DNA of 58,754 nucleotides from an uncultured Eggerthellaceae bacterium (lineage in GTDB: Bacteria; Actinomycetota; Coriobacteriia; Coriobacteriales; Eggerthellaceae), in the NCBI GenBank assembly GCA_934645125.1, contig CAKUDT010000001.1, positions 1 to 58,754 on the forward strand, given 5' to 3'. Shown here piece after piece: positions 9,513 through 19,504 of this stretch (position 1 is the first letter of the stretch; the number at the start of each line of letters is the position of its first letter). A model generated the notes under the pieces. That model was given only the letters and a program-made list of their open reading frames with translations. It did not search any database and had not been told where the DNA came from. Made by a program: the position numbers and the translations under genes.

Positions 9513-10823
9513 TTACTCGCTTGCCACGCAAGTTGAAACTGCATCTTCCAATTTGACCAGCTTTTCTTCGTGAGTTGCCATGTTGCGCAACTTCACCTGG
9601 CCCTGTTCCAGCTCATCGGGGCCCAAAATGGCAATGATGCGTGCACCCGTTTTATCTGCCAGCTTGAACTGGCTTTTCAGGCTGCGACCCTGGTGATCCA
9701 TCTCTGCCACTATGCCCGCATCGCGGCATGCCTGCATCAGGCGGAATGCCGCCAAGCGCACGCTTTCGTCAACGCAGGCAATGAACACGTCGCAGCGCGC
9801 GGCCTTCGGGAATTCCTTGCCCGCAGCCTCAAGCGCCAAAACGCAGCGCTCGTAGCCCAGCGCAAAGCCCAAGCCCGGCGTGGGCCTTCCGCCTACTTCT
9901 TCGGCCAGCTTGTCGTAGCGTCCGCCGCCGCCGATGGCATTTTGCGAACCCAGACCGTCATCAACTTGCACCTCAAACACGGTACGCGTGTAATAATCCA
10001 AGCCACGCACGAGCTTTGCGTCTTCCCGGTACGCCACGCCCGCAGCTTCCAGGTACGCTTTCACCTGGTCGTAGTGGGCTTTGCAATCGGGGCACAGATG
10101 ATCGGAGATCTTCGGCGCCGCTTCCATTACCTGCGCGCAACCCGCGTTTTTGCAGTCGAAGGCGCGCAGCGGGTTGATTTCCTTGCGCGTGTTGCACGTT
10201 TCACACAGCTCGTCAGCGTGCTCGTCCATGTAGGCGCGCACGGCATCGCGATACGCCGGACGGCACTTCTCGCAACCCATGGAGTTGATCAGCAGCGTCA
10301 TTTTGTCCGCGGGAATGCCCACTTTCTCGTAGAAACGCATGAGCATGATAATGGCTTCGGCATCGATAGTGGGCTCTTCGGCACCCAAGCACTCAACGCC
10401 TACCTGGTGAAACTGGCGCAGGCGGCCCTTTTGCGGACGCTCGGCGCGAAACATGGGACCCGCGTACATCAGCTTCACGGGAGCTGCACCCTGCGGCACT
10501 AAATCATGCTGCACCACCGCGCGCACCACGCCGGCCGTACCTTCGGGACGCAGCGACAGACGGCTTTTGCTCTTCAGCGACTGTCCGTCCAGCAGCTTCT
10601 TCAAATTCTCACCTGAAAACGTGGCAAACATCTCTTTGGAAACAACGTCGGTCGCTTCGCCAATGCCACGCACGAACAGCTCAGTTTGCTCGATGGTTGG
10701 CACTTCAATGGGCAAGTACCCATACGTGCCGAAAACTTCCCGCGCGCACTGCTGGAAATCCAGCCAGAACAGCTCTTCATCGGGAAGCAGATCTTTTGTG
10801 CCTTCCGGGGCCTGAATAGCCAT
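9513..10823 (-). CDS. hisS: Histidine--tRNA ligase
   Basis: 436 aa. MAIQAPEGTKDLLPDE N-terminus, FRAERPQKGRLRQFHQ motif 2, GGGGRYD motif 3. Confidence 0.95.
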   Translation of the reverse strand: MAIQAPEGTKDLLPDEELFWLDFQQCAREVFGTYGYLPIEVPTIEQTELFVRGIGEATDVVSKEMFATFSGENLKKLLDGQSLKSKSRLSLRPEGTAGVVRAVVQHDLVPQGAAPVKLMYAGPMFRAERPQKGRLRQFHQVGVECLGAEEPTIDAEAIIMLMRFYEKVGIPADKMTLLINSMGCEKCRPAYRDAVRAYMDEHADELCETCNTRKEINPLRAFDCKNAGCAQVMEAAPKISDHLCPDCKAHYDQVKAYLEAAGVAYREDAKLVRGLDYYTRTVFEVQVDDGLGSQNAIGGGGRYDKLAEEVGGRPTPGLGFALGYERCVLALEAAGKEFPKAARCDVFIACVDESVRLAAFRLMQACRDAGIVAEMDHQGRSLKSQFKLADKTGARIIAILGPDELEQGQVKLRNMATHEEKLVKLEDAVSTCVASE

Positions 10824-11065
10824 AACACCCTCTTTGCGATTGATGATTCGGATTCGTCAATGTATCGTAATTCGTAACTTCCCAGTTTACCGCATTGACG
10901 TGGTCGTAGCGGAAAAATCTCGCAGCTTTTGCGTTACTGCACCAGGTAAATCATAAAAATTCCTACCTTTTATACCCCTTAGCGTTACTTTTTACCCAAT
11001 TTTCATAGCCTGTGGGTAGGTATTGTGCTAAAAAAACACCACTTGCGATGAAAGGAGGTGCGCCG

Positions 11066-11692
11066 GTGTCTGGTGAAAGCGACTCAGAAGGCAGTCAAAG
11101 TACAAGCGCAAACAGTTCAACGACCAGCGACAATTGCGATTCAACAACCCGCGATGACAATCGCGCGACCGTGCTCAAAAAACTCATTTTGGCACATGAA
11201 GGTTGGTTCAACGTTTTCCCTGATTACGAATATGCCAACCGTACCTTTCCTGCTTTTGCAGAGTTTCACTCGCATGGAGAGAAGTACGTTCTAACCAAGC
11301 GAGCGAAACTTTGGGAAGTGGATGCTCACGAATATCTCTTCTTTCAGACAACCGAAACGCTTTCTGCAGCAGATGTGGCTGAGTGGATTGACTTCATGAC
11401 CACTCAGGCGCTGAAGAAAGTTGACCCTGTTCCCGACCATATGAGCAGCTATATCTCGCTTGTCATTGTGGCCGATTCGGTGACCGACGATGCGAAAAAG
11501 GCAATTCGCAAAGCCCGTTTCCATAAGGAGTTCAGCTTTGGACTGCGTGGCTGGTCCGATTTGCGCCTGGCTGCGGTGGACTTTTCGTCGCAGTGCGTTC
11601 TCACTAATGCTGCTGGAAAAGAGATGCGAGCGGCGCTTGAAGCGAATGCTGGCATCAAATGCAGCAAGAAAGGTTTGTTCAGAAGGAGGTAA
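11066..11692 (+). CDS. Hypothetical protein (Ser/Thr/Asp-rich N-terminus)
   Basis: ORF 11012-11692. I favour the GTG at 11066, 8 nt after AAGGAGG, but ATG 11048 or GTG 11012 are possible. No recognisable motif. Sits directly upstream of cstA. Confidence 0.5.
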   Translation: MSGESDSEGSQSTSANSSTTSDNCDSTTRDDNRATVLKKLILAHEGWFNVFPDYEYANRTFPAFAEFHSHGEKYVLTKRAKLWEVDAHEYLFFQTTETLSAADVAEWIDFMTTQALKKVDPVPDHMSSYISLVIVADSVTDDAKKAIRKARFHKEFSFGLRGWSDLRLAAVDFSSQCVLTNAAGKEMRAALEANAGIKCSKKGLFRRR

Positions 11693-11699
11693 TTAGTTC

Positions 11700-13445
11700 A
11701 TGAACGCTTTGATCATGCTGGTCATCGCTGCAGTTATCCTGATCATAGGCTATATCTGCTATGGCGGATGGCTGTCCAAACAATGGGGTATCGACAACTC
11801 CATTGAAACCCCTGCCCACGCTCTGGAAGACGGCGTTGATTACGTTCCGGCGCAGCCCTACGTGGTTATCGGCCACCATTTTTCTTCCATTGCCGGAGCT
11901 GGCCCCATTAATGGCCCCATTCAGGCCGCGATTTTTGGCTGGGTTCCCGTTTTGCTGTGGGTTCTTATCGGCGGCATTTTCATTGGCGCCATGCACGACT
12001 TTGGCGCACTGTTTGCCTCGCTGCGTCACAAGGGACAAACGCTTGCCGCCGTTGTTGCAGCTAATATCGACGAATCCGCGAAAAAACTGTTCTGCGTGTT
12101 CTCGTTTTTGACGTTGGTGCTGGTTGTTGCAGCTTTTGCCTCAATCGTGGCGGGTACATTCGCCGATCCCGACGGCACGAATATCGCTAATGCGCGCACG
12201 GCTACCATTTCCGTTCTGTTCATTGCCGTTGCCGTTGTTTGGGGCATTGCGACACGCAGCCGCAATGTACCTGGTCCTGTTATGATTTTGGGTGCGATTG
12301 TTGTTATTGCCGTTATCGTTGCCGTGGGCTACAACTTCCCGTTCCTGGGCGGCATCGACCAGACCACCTGGATGATTGTGGTAGGCATTTACATTTTGAT
12401 TGCTTCGGTAGCTCCGGTATGGATTCTTCTGCAGCCGCGTGACTATTTGTCCAGCTACCTGTTGTACGGCATGATTGTGCTGGCGATCATCGGCATTATT
12501 GGCGCAACTATTTTCGGCAACACGTCTTTTGCGGAAGTGCCCGCCTTCACCGCATTCGACACCACCACGCTCTACCCCGATGCCAAAGTGTTTGGCGGCC
12601 GCGGTTTGCTGTTCCCTGCTCTATTCGTGACCATTGCATGCGGTGCAATTTCCGGCTTCCATTCTTTGGTTTCTTCGGGCACCACGTCCAAGCAGCTGGA
12701 TAAAGAGTCGCAGGCGCAGCCTATCGCTTACGGCGGTATGCTTTTGGAATGCCTGCTGGCCGTTATCTCGCTGTGCGCCGTAGCCTACGTGTGGCAAGGT
12801 GCGGTAAGCGGCACCTACGCCACGCCTACGCAGATTTTCGCAAGCGGTCTTTCGGGTATGATCGGCGTTATCCCTGGTCTGGAAGGTATCGGCGGCCATG
12901 CAGGATCGATTGCGTACTCCCTGCTTATTTTGGCGGTTTCCGCTTTCTGCTTGACTTCTTTGGACACGGCAACCCGCATTGGTCGCATGATGTTCCAGGA
13001 AATGTTCACCACCGACGACGATGAATCCAGCGTTGACAACGAGACCGGCTGGCGCAAAGTGCTGACCAACCCCTACGTGGCAACCATCATCACAGTTGCT
13101 GCGGGCATTGGTCTGGGCATGGGCGGTTACGCCATTATCTGGCCGCTGTTCGGCGCCGCGAACCAGCTGCTTGCCGCCTTGGCGCTGCTGGCCGTTTGCT
13201 CATTCTTGGGCAACATCGGACGCAACAACAAGATGTTCTACATTCCCATGGTGTTCATGCTTATCGTCACGCTCACATCGCTGGCTCTTACCGCTCAGGC
13301 GAAGGTGAGCGCCATCATGACCTCGGGTGTGGCGCTTGCCCCCGTTGTTCAGTTGCTGCTGGCTATTTTGCTGTTTGTCTTGGCCATTGTGCTTGCCGTT
13401 AAAGCCATCAAGCACATTGCAAGCACGGCGAAGGCGCAGAAGTAA
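11700..13445 (+). CDS. cstA: Carbon starvation protein A family transporter (peptide/pyruvate uptake)
   Basis: 581 aa, polytopic. VVIGHHFSSIAGAGPINGPIQAAIFGWVPVLLWVLIGGIFIGAMHDF is the CstA signature region. Confidence 0.9.
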   Translation: MNALIMLVIAAVILIIGYICYGGWLSKQWGIDNSIETPAHALEDGVDYVPAQPYVVIGHHFSSIAGAGPINGPIQAAIFGWVPVLLWVLIGGIFIGAMHDFGALFASLRHKGQTLAAVVAANIDESAKKLFCVFSFLTLVLVVAAFASIVAGTFADPDGTNIANARTATISVLFIAVAVVWGIATRSRNVPGPVMILGAIVVIAVIVAVGYNFPFLGGIDQTTWMIVVGIYILIASVAPVWILLQPRDYLSSYLLYGMIVLAIIGIIGATIFGNTSFAEVPAFTAFDTTTLYPDAKVFGGRGLLFPALFVTIACGAISGFHSLVSSGTTSKQLDKESQAQPIAYGGMLLECLLAVISLCAVAYVWQGAVSGTYATPTQIFASGLSGMIGVIPGLEGIGGHAGSIAYSLLILAVSAFCLTSLDTATRIGRMMFQEMFTTDDDESSVDNETGWRKVLTNPYVATIITVAAGIGLGMGGYAIIWPLFGAANQLLAALALLAVCSFLGNIGRNNKMFYIPMVFMLIVTLTSLALTAQAKVSAIMTSGVALAPVVQLLLAILLFVLAIVLAVKAIKHIASTAKAQK

Positions 13446-13582
13446 CACGCCTGGATGCGCTGCGAAGGCGCTTGCAAGTGCTAGCAGATGTTTGCTTGCG
13501 AATGCTTGCCAGCCTGCAACGAGCGTTTAGTGTGGTGAAGGCGCTGGTAGATGCCGGCGGTTGCTCGTTTGATAGTACGAAA

Positions 13583-13621
13583 GAAGGGGTCCTGCATTTG
13601 CGGGACCCCTTCGTGATTTTT
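13583..13621. terminator. Bidirectional intrinsic terminator between convergent genes
   Basis: GAAGGGGTCC-tgcatttgc-GGGACCCCTTC followed by GTGATTTTT. An A-rich tract lies on the other side. Confidence 0.75.
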
Positions 13622-13747
13622 GGTCAGGCTGCATGAACTCTACTCTGTAGTTGGAGCAGCACCAAAGGCTTACAGCGTTTCGTCGCTTGCACCTTCGCCA
13701 CCTGCACCCGTCTGCAACGTTGGCAGGCGTTTCCGCAGGTCGCTTCG

Positions 13748-14965
13748 CTATTCCTTAGGTTCGTTTCCCGGGTTCGCGGAAGAACCGGCACCGGCCTCGG
13801 ACTCGCCTGCGGCAGAAGCGGGAGCGACAACGGGAGCAGCTGCGGCATCAGCAGCAGGAGCAACTTCGGCCGGAGCGTTCGCCGACGCGTCAGGCACAGC
13901 AGGTGCGGGAGCGGCCACTGGCGCAACAGGTTCGGAGGCGGCGCCCATCGGTACAGCCGCATTGGTGCCAGACGTCGGAGTAATCTCGTCAACGGCAACG
14001 CCAACGACGGGAACGTTAACAGCAACAGGCGCGGGAGCAGCAGCTGCTACAGGAGCCGCAGCAACGGCAGCATCCGCCGCATCCTCGTTCGCCCATTGGG
14101 GTTCGTTGCGATGCACCCAATGACCCACGGCACGCATTGCCCACAACATGCCCAAACCATCAATGAACAGGGCAAGAACGGCGGCAACAATCACCAGGGC
14201 AAACGCGCCGCCCAAGTAGCCAACGCCATACGACGGATACGAATAACCGTGCCCATATCCGTAGCCGTAATCCAAGAAATCGGTATACGCAGCGTATCCG
14301 CTCAACCCCGCAAGGAACACCAGCACAATAACAACAACGACAATAACAACGCCGCAAATCAACTGCGGAACAATGGCTGCCGCAAAAAGACCGCCCAAAT
14401 TCTTTCGATATGCGCGGAACAGCTCCGACAGGTCAAAGGCAGAACCAAGTTTGCCCGTAACACCCGCGCGCATCTTGGCAAGCTCGCAGAATGTCGAAGC
14501 CAAAAGATTGATAGCAACAAGCAGAATCGCACCCAAAATAGGAATGAACGACAGAACGCCAAAGACAATTGTCGCTGCCGCAAGAAGAATATCCAAAAGC
14601 ACAATAATCAGACCAAATACGAACGTCTTCTTGCAAAACGCGCCTGCAGCAAGCGGCTTCGGTTCGCCTTTCGCCGCCTGGGCACCCCACTGAAGACCAT
14701 AACCCACTGCAAAGAAGTTAAGCACGGGAACGCAATTCATAAGCATAAGCGTAAGCACGCGCTTAACCCAGTTCGGCGAGCTTGTAATATCCGACCACGC
14801 CTGGCCAACGCACCCCTTGGGCACAACGTATTCGGTAGGCATGCCAACGGCCGCCCCCGCAGGTCGCGCAGCGCCTGCAACTGCGGGTTTCCTTAACGGA
14901 CATCCGCATTCTACGCAGAACAACGATTCGTCTGCGTTTTTCTTTCCGCAATGAGAACAGTACAT
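13748..14965 (-). CDS. Zinc-ribbon polytopic membrane protein with an Ala/Pro-rich C-terminal tail (hypothetical)
   Basis: 405 aa. MYCSHCGKKNADESLFCVECGCPL zinc ribbon, several TM segments, low-complexity AAPAPVA tail. Confidence 0.65.
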   Translation of the reverse strand: MYCSHCGKKNADESLFCVECGCPLRKPAVAGAARPAGAAVGMPTEYVVPKGCVGQAWSDITSSPNWVKRVLTLMLMNCVPVLNFFAVGYGLQWGAQAAKGEPKPLAAGAFCKKTFVFGLIIVLLDILLAAATIVFGVLSFIPILGAILLVAINLLASTFCELAKMRAGVTGKLGSAFDLSELFRAYRKNLGGLFAAAIVPQLICGVVIVVVVIVLVFLAGLSGYAAYTDFLDYGYGYGHGYSYPSYGVGYLGGAFALVIVAAVLALFIDGLGMLWAMRAVGHWVHRNEPQWANEDAADAAVAAAPVAAAAPAPVAVNVPVVGVAVDEITPTSGTNAAVPMGAASEPVAPVAAPAPAVPDASANAPAEVAPAADAAAAPVVAPASAAGESEAGAGSSANPGNEPKE

Positions 14966-15224
14966 AACGGTCCTTCCTCAACAAAATACCTCATAAAAGA
15001 TACTGCCAGTATACGGCATAACAGCGGAAGCAAAAAGGTGCGCAAGCCGCTGGGTGCACGGCGAGTTTTCCTTGATAGAGCCCACAATCAGAATCCACAC
15101 AACGAAGAACCACACGTAAACCCGCGAAAAAATATCACAAAACGGTTTCCCTTCCTTTTTGCCGCGTCCCCCCATCCGCGCGTTGCGTTACCATGAGCCA
15201 AAACAAAAAATGGAAAGGCCTCGC

Positions 15225-16640
15225 ATGATCCATGCTGAAAACGAAACAGTGCGCTCCTTGCTCTTTCAAGGCAATTTCGGCCTTGAGCGCGAAACCCTGC
15301 GCATCACCGAAGACGGCTTTTTGGCGCAATCTCCCAATCCCTTCCCCAACAACCCCCACGTCGTGCGCGACTTCAGCGAAAACCAGGTGGAAATAAACAC
15401 CGGCATACAGCACTCTCCCGCAAAGGCGCTGGCAGAGCTCGCCCACTACGACAAGATGGTACAGACCAAGCTGGCACAGCAAAACCCCAAGGAAATGCTC
15501 TGGCCGTTTTCAAACCCGCCTTATCTGCGCGACGAAAACGATATTCCTATTGCCCAGTTTTATGGCGAAGAGGCGGGCAAAACCAGCTATCGCGAGTATT
15601 TGTCGAATCAGTACGGACGCTACAAAATGACGTTTAGCGGCATCCATTTCAATTACTCGTTCTGCGATGAGCTGCTGAAACGCGATTTTGAGCTGAGCGA
15701 ATTCGCAGCAGGTAACAAAGACAAAGGCGAAGGCGAAGAACACGGCGAAGACACCAACGCTGGCAGCACGCCCGCCGCCGATGCCAACAACGCTCACGAA
15801 AACGCAGCCTTCACTGCTTACAAAAACGACTTGTACCTTACGCTGGCGCAACGCTGCGTTGCCTACGGATGGGTCATGAGCGCAATCACCGCTGCAAGCC
15901 CCATTATGGATTCATCGTTTGTAGAGCAGGGCAACACGGGCGGCGATCTTTATTTCGGTTTGGGCACTGTTCGTTGCTCTGAACTGGGCTATTGGAATTA
16001 TTTCTCGCCCGTTTTGGATTATTCGTCCCCTGCGGGATACGCCGATAGCATCCAACAATACGTTGACCGTGGCTACATTATGTACCCCAGCGAGCTGTAC
16101 TACCCCATTCGCTTGAAGCCAAGCGGCGCCTACAGCCTGGATTCCCTGCGCGCGGGCAACATCAGCCATATTGAGCTGCGCATGTTCGATTTGAACCCCA
16201 CTGATTCTTTGGGCCTGAACAAGCAAGACGTTCTTTTCTCCCAGCTTCTCTTGATTTGGCTTGCATGCACGCCTGCCCAGCCGTTCACGCGCGCCGATCA
16301 AATTCAGGCAATCCAGAACTTCAAGAACGCCGCGCACTATGATTTGCGCACCGTGAAAATCATTTTCCCCGGCGGACGCACCTGCACGGTAAACGCTGCA
16401 GCACTCGAAGTTCTTGATGCCATGATTGCGTTTTTCTGCAACATTGACGCAGGTCAAGAGGTCTTTGACTGCTTGGCGTTTCAGCGCGGGAAGTTCACCG
16501 ATGCCATCCATGAACGTTATACGCACACCGTGCGTCATGCTTATGGCACCGAGTTTGTGAAAAACGGCCTGAAGCTTGCACAGCTGCGACAGCAAGAGGC
16601 GCTTGCCCGCCCCGACACGTTCGCGAAAGAAGAAGCGTAG
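15225..16640 (+). CDS. gshA: Glutamate--cysteine ligase (GshA-type, stand-alone)
   Basis: ORF 15159-16640. ATG 15225 follows GGAAAGG. FGLERETLRITEDG, ENQVEINTG and IELRMFD resemble gamma-glutamylcysteine synthetase. Contains a low-complexity insert (GNKDKGEGEEHGEDTNAG...). Confidence 0.7.
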   Translation: MIHAENETVRSLLFQGNFGLERETLRITEDGFLAQSPNPFPNNPHVVRDFSENQVEINTGIQHSPAKALAELAHYDKMVQTKLAQQNPKEMLWPFSNPPYLRDENDIPIAQFYGEEAGKTSYREYLSNQYGRYKMTFSGIHFNYSFCDELLKRDFELSEFAAGNKDKGEGEEHGEDTNAGSTPAADANNAHENAAFTAYKNDLYLTLAQRCVAYGWVMSAITAASPIMDSSFVEQGNTGGDLYFGLGTVRCSELGYWNYFSPVLDYSSPAGYADSIQQYVDRGYIMYPSELYYPIRLKPSGAYSLDSLRAGNISHIELRMFDLNPTDSLGLNKQDVLFSQLLLIWLACTPAQPFTRADQIQAIQNFKNAAHYDLRTVKIIFPGGRTCTVNAAALEVLDAMIAFFCNIDAGQEVFDCLAFQRGKFTDAIHERYTHTVRHAYGTEFVKNGLKLAQLRQQEALARPDTFAKEEA

Positions 16641-16711
16641 GCGGCGCATTTGTGCGCTCGTATCTGATGCCACGCAGCGCGGCGCGGCTTTACCGTTCGT
16701 CCCCAGTTCAT

Positions 16712-16746
16712 AAAAAACGCCGACAGCCCCAACGGCTGCCGGCGTT
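16712..16746 (-). terminator. Intrinsic terminator downstream of the surface-protein gene (may also serve gshA)
   Basis: AACGCCGACAGCC-ccaac-GGCTGCCGGCGTT. On the minus strand it is followed by TTTTTT. Confidence 0.6.
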
Positions 16747-16773
16747 TCAGTTCAGACGATCTTAAACTACGTG

Positions 16774-17703
16774 CTATTCTTTCGGGGTCGCCTGCCCGCT
16801 CTGTCCCTCTGCCTGCTTACGACGCTTGTGCACGATAACGCCCGCAACAAGAGCAATAACGGCAACAACCAACGCTCCTATCAGCACATACAGCATCATG
16901 GGCATCTGGTCGTCCGCAGCCTTTCCATCTTTCGAGGCATCAACGGAAGCCTTGTCGCCCGATGCCGAAGCCGAACCCGACGCCAGCTCGCCATTACGCG
17001 TGGCCTCGTACTCGGCTTTTTCCTCGGCGGTCATCTCGTCGGACGTATCAATGCCTTCCAACGTAGAAGGATCGGCTTCGGGGGCTTCCACACCCGCCGT
17101 TGTTCCAACCGACTCGCCCGTAGACGGCTCAACGGGTGCTGCGGCATCCGAAGAAGTTGAAACGGTAATCACGGCATCGTTGCACGTGCACGCGTAACTT
17201 CCCATGCCCGTGGAATTGGAGATATTCACACGGCGGATTTCCATGGAAGTGGAACCTTGTTCGCGCGCAATGAACGTGATATTCATTAAAGGAGTTCCAT
17301 TATCCCAGGTCACACCCTTAAGTGTGGGGGACTTGAAATTCAGCACAGCATCGGTCCAACCGTCACCTGCGTCTTTCGTGTAAACGTCAATGCTGTTGTT
17401 CGTATCCAGCGATGCTACATCAAGCATGCCGGTGTTGTAGCGCACCGTTGCCGACATAGCGTACATGGTGTACTGACTGCTTCCGTTATTTTGCAACTCC
17501 AGCGACACCGTAAACGTATCACCAGGGGCAACAGAGCTCGGGGCGTCTTCGCCCGCCACAACCGACATGGTATACGTAGGGGCATCGGCGTAAGCGCGCT
17601 GCGGGACAATCGCCGCAGTCAAGCCCACTAAAGCAGCAACAAGAACGCATGCAATGCACGCCTTTTTCATCAGATTACTTACGGCAGAAAACGCATTACT
17701 CAT
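16774..17703 (-). CDS. Secreted, C-terminally membrane-anchored surface protein with a cohesin-like beta-sandwich domain
   Basis: Start at the ATG at 17703, after GGGAG. Signal peptide ...AIVPQRAYA. FTVSLELQNNGSSQYTMYAMSATVRYNTGMLDV looks cohesin-like. Acidic/Ser linker, then TM plus KRRK stop-transfer. Confidence 0.6.
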   Translation of the reverse strand: MSNAFSAVSNLMKKACIACVLVAALVGLTAAIVPQRAYADAPTYTMSVVAGEDAPSSVAPGDTFTVSLELQNNGSSQYTMYAMSATVRYNTGMLDVASLDTNNSIDVYTKDAGDGWTDAVLNFKSPTLKGVTWDNGTPLMNITFIAREQGSTSMEIRRVNISNSTGMGSYACTCNDAVITVSTSSDAAAPVEPSTGESVGTTAGVEAPEADPSTLEGIDTSDEMTAEEKAEYEATRNGELASGSASASGDKASVDASKDGKAADDQMPMMLYVLIGALVVAVIALVAGVIVHKRRKQAEGQSGQATPKE

Positions 17704-17976
17704 GGGCACTCCCTTGAAAATCGGTCCGTCGCGCCTGTTAAAATCCTGCGCAAAAACTCCCCCGCGCAAGGCGAACAACGAACGCCAGCGATACAATAAG
17801 CGGGCAATGATGCGCACATATCCCGCAAACAGTAGCGCTATAGTAACGCTAATTGTTCTGTTTTAGGAAAAGAACAATCGCAAATGGATAAAAAGTGACG
17901 TTTGCCACAAATTGTTCAAAATTGCGTGCATCGCAAAGCGCTTGCTGTCACGCCATCACCATCTGAAAGGCACACT

Positions 17977-18672
17977 ATGAAACATTTTTTCGACCAGACA
18001 AACGACATACTTCGTCTTATGGAAGCACGTCATTCTGTACGAAACTGCACACCCGAGGCAATCACAAAACCCCAGTTAGAGAAGTTGCAAGCATGCATTG
18101 ATGCCTGCAACGAAGAAAGCGGTTTGAACATTTTCCTGGTAACGGACGAGCCGAAAGCATTCAGTAATTTTGCAGCCCGTTATGGACATTTCACCGGCGT
18201 GAGCAATTACCTTGTGCTAGCGGGGCCGAATTCCGCCGACCTGGAAGAAAAATGCGGGTATTACGGTGAAGAGCTTGTTCTGCTTGCGCAAGAAATGGGG
18301 CTGAACACCTGCTGGGTTGCCCTGACATTTTCTAAACGCGTGGTGCGCAAAATGATTCCCGAAGGTCAAAAACTCTGCATTGTTATTTCGTTAGGAAAGG
18401 GCGAAACGCCTGGCAAATCACGCAAAACACGCTCCGCGGAAGACCTTTCGAATATATCCGAATCATCACCCACGTGGTTCAAACGCGGCATGAAAGCGGC
18501 CTGCCTTGCACCAACCGCCATCAATCAACAAAGCTTCTACTTCACGCTGGAAGACGACGGGGAAACCGTAAGCGCCGTGTCGAAAGGCGGGCCCTGCTCA
18601 ACAATCGACCTGGGAATCGTCAAACATGATTTCGAGCTTGCCGCCGGTGCGGACAACTTCTCCTGGAAATAA
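17977..18672 (+). CDS. Nitroreductase family protein
   Basis: ATG 17977 after GAAAGG. LMEARHSVRN motif and typical length (231 aa). Confidence 0.7.
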   Translation: MKHFFDQTNDILRLMEARHSVRNCTPEAITKPQLEKLQACIDACNEESGLNIFLVTDEPKAFSNFAARYGHFTGVSNYLVLAGPNSADLEEKCGYYGEELVLLAQEMGLNTCWVALTFSKRVVRKMIPEGQKLCIVISLGKGETPGKSRKTRSAEDLSNISESSPTWFKRGMKAACLAPTAINQQSFYFTLEDDGETVSAVSKGGPCSTIDLGIVKHDFELAAGADNFSWK

Positions 18673-18784
18673 AGTGCAGGGCGCAGGGCGCGCAAGCCGT
18701 GCGGTACGCAAAAGCGCTCAATGTCACACTGGAAGGTTCGCGCAAGTTCTGACCCGCGCGAACCACGCAGGTCGCCTACGCAAA

Positions 18785-18813
18785 AGGGGTCTTTCGCAAA
18801 TCGCGAGAGACCC
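18785..18813 (-). terminator. Possible terminator after the xpaC-like gene
   Basis: GGGGTCTTTCGC-aaatc-GCGAGAGACCCC (one mismatch). On the minus strand it is followed by TTTTG. Confidence 0.45.
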
Positions 18814-18852
18814 CTACCACTTCAAGCAATGCAATTAAACGAAAATTCCCAG

Positions 18853-19392
18853 CTAAGAAAGCCCTTCTCGCTTAAGCGACATCTTCATGGCTTCGATTTC
18901 CACATCCAAATCAAGCGCTTCATCTTTATACATGTTGTCATACATCAAATCGAACGCATGCGCCATATCCTGCATATGTCCCTTGGTCTTCTGCAGAAGA
19001 TCGTCGCCCTCAAGTGTGTTGCTGTTCTCAAGCGCCGAATACTTCTTCAACACAATATCAAGCGTAGGCACGTAATACGCAAAGAACTGATTATTGCGAC
19101 GAATCTCTTCGGGCTGGCTGCGCATAGCATCAATGAGCTTGCCCGCTTTCTCGATAGCCACCGTGGCTTCATTTCTAAGCTGCGCGTCGCGCAATCCATG
19201 AAGCTGCAGGCGCGATTGGCCGAGGCTGCGCTCTGCTTGGCGCAGCTTAGCGTCTTGCTCGGATGTTATGCCGCTCGTAAGCAAGCGCCGCCGCCTTTCG
19301 GCGTTCGACCCCGCACGACCCAACGCAATAGCGCCGGCCGAAAGCCCCGCTATCGCAACAAGCGCCGCAACCAAACTAAGAATCAGCCCCAT
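18853..19392 (-). CDS. XpaC-like protein (5-bromo-4-chloroindolyl phosphate hydrolysis protein family)
   Basis: Start at the ATG at 19392, 5 nt after AGGAG. Two N-terminal TM helices, then a helical domain (NNQFFAYYVPTLDIVLKKY). Lies directly downstream of a TelA-like gene, as in the Bacillus yaaN/xpaC pairing. Confidence 0.55.
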   Translation of the reverse strand: MGLILSLVAALVAIAGLSAGAIALGRAGSNAERRRRLLTSGITSEQDAKLRQAERSLGQSRLQLHGLRDAQLRNEATVAIEKAGKLIDAMRSQPEEIRRNNQFFAYYVPTLDIVLKKYSALENSNTLEGDDLLQKTKGHMQDMAHAFDLMYDNMYKDEALDLDVEIEAMKMSLKREGLS

Positions 19393-19504
19393 GAAAACTC
19401 CTGCTATTCGTTTTCCGTTCAATGCAATCATGGTAAAGAGCCGCCGCCAACACATCGGCCGCGGCTCTTGAACACACTTGCTTTTTTGCTCTTGCTATCA
19501 GGCA

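Noticed and set aside
7511-9556. 681-aa plus-strand ORF
   Set aside because: It lies entirely antisense to aspS, which has unambiguous class II synthetase motifs. Its composition (Arg/His/Ala/Gly-rich, no motifs) is typical of a high-GC shadow ORF.
13620-14123. 167-aa plus-strand and 133-aa minus-strand ORFs in the Ala/Pro-rich region
   Set aside because: They overlap the low-complexity C-terminal tail of the zinc-ribbon membrane protein gene. Repetitive GC-rich codons keep several frames open.
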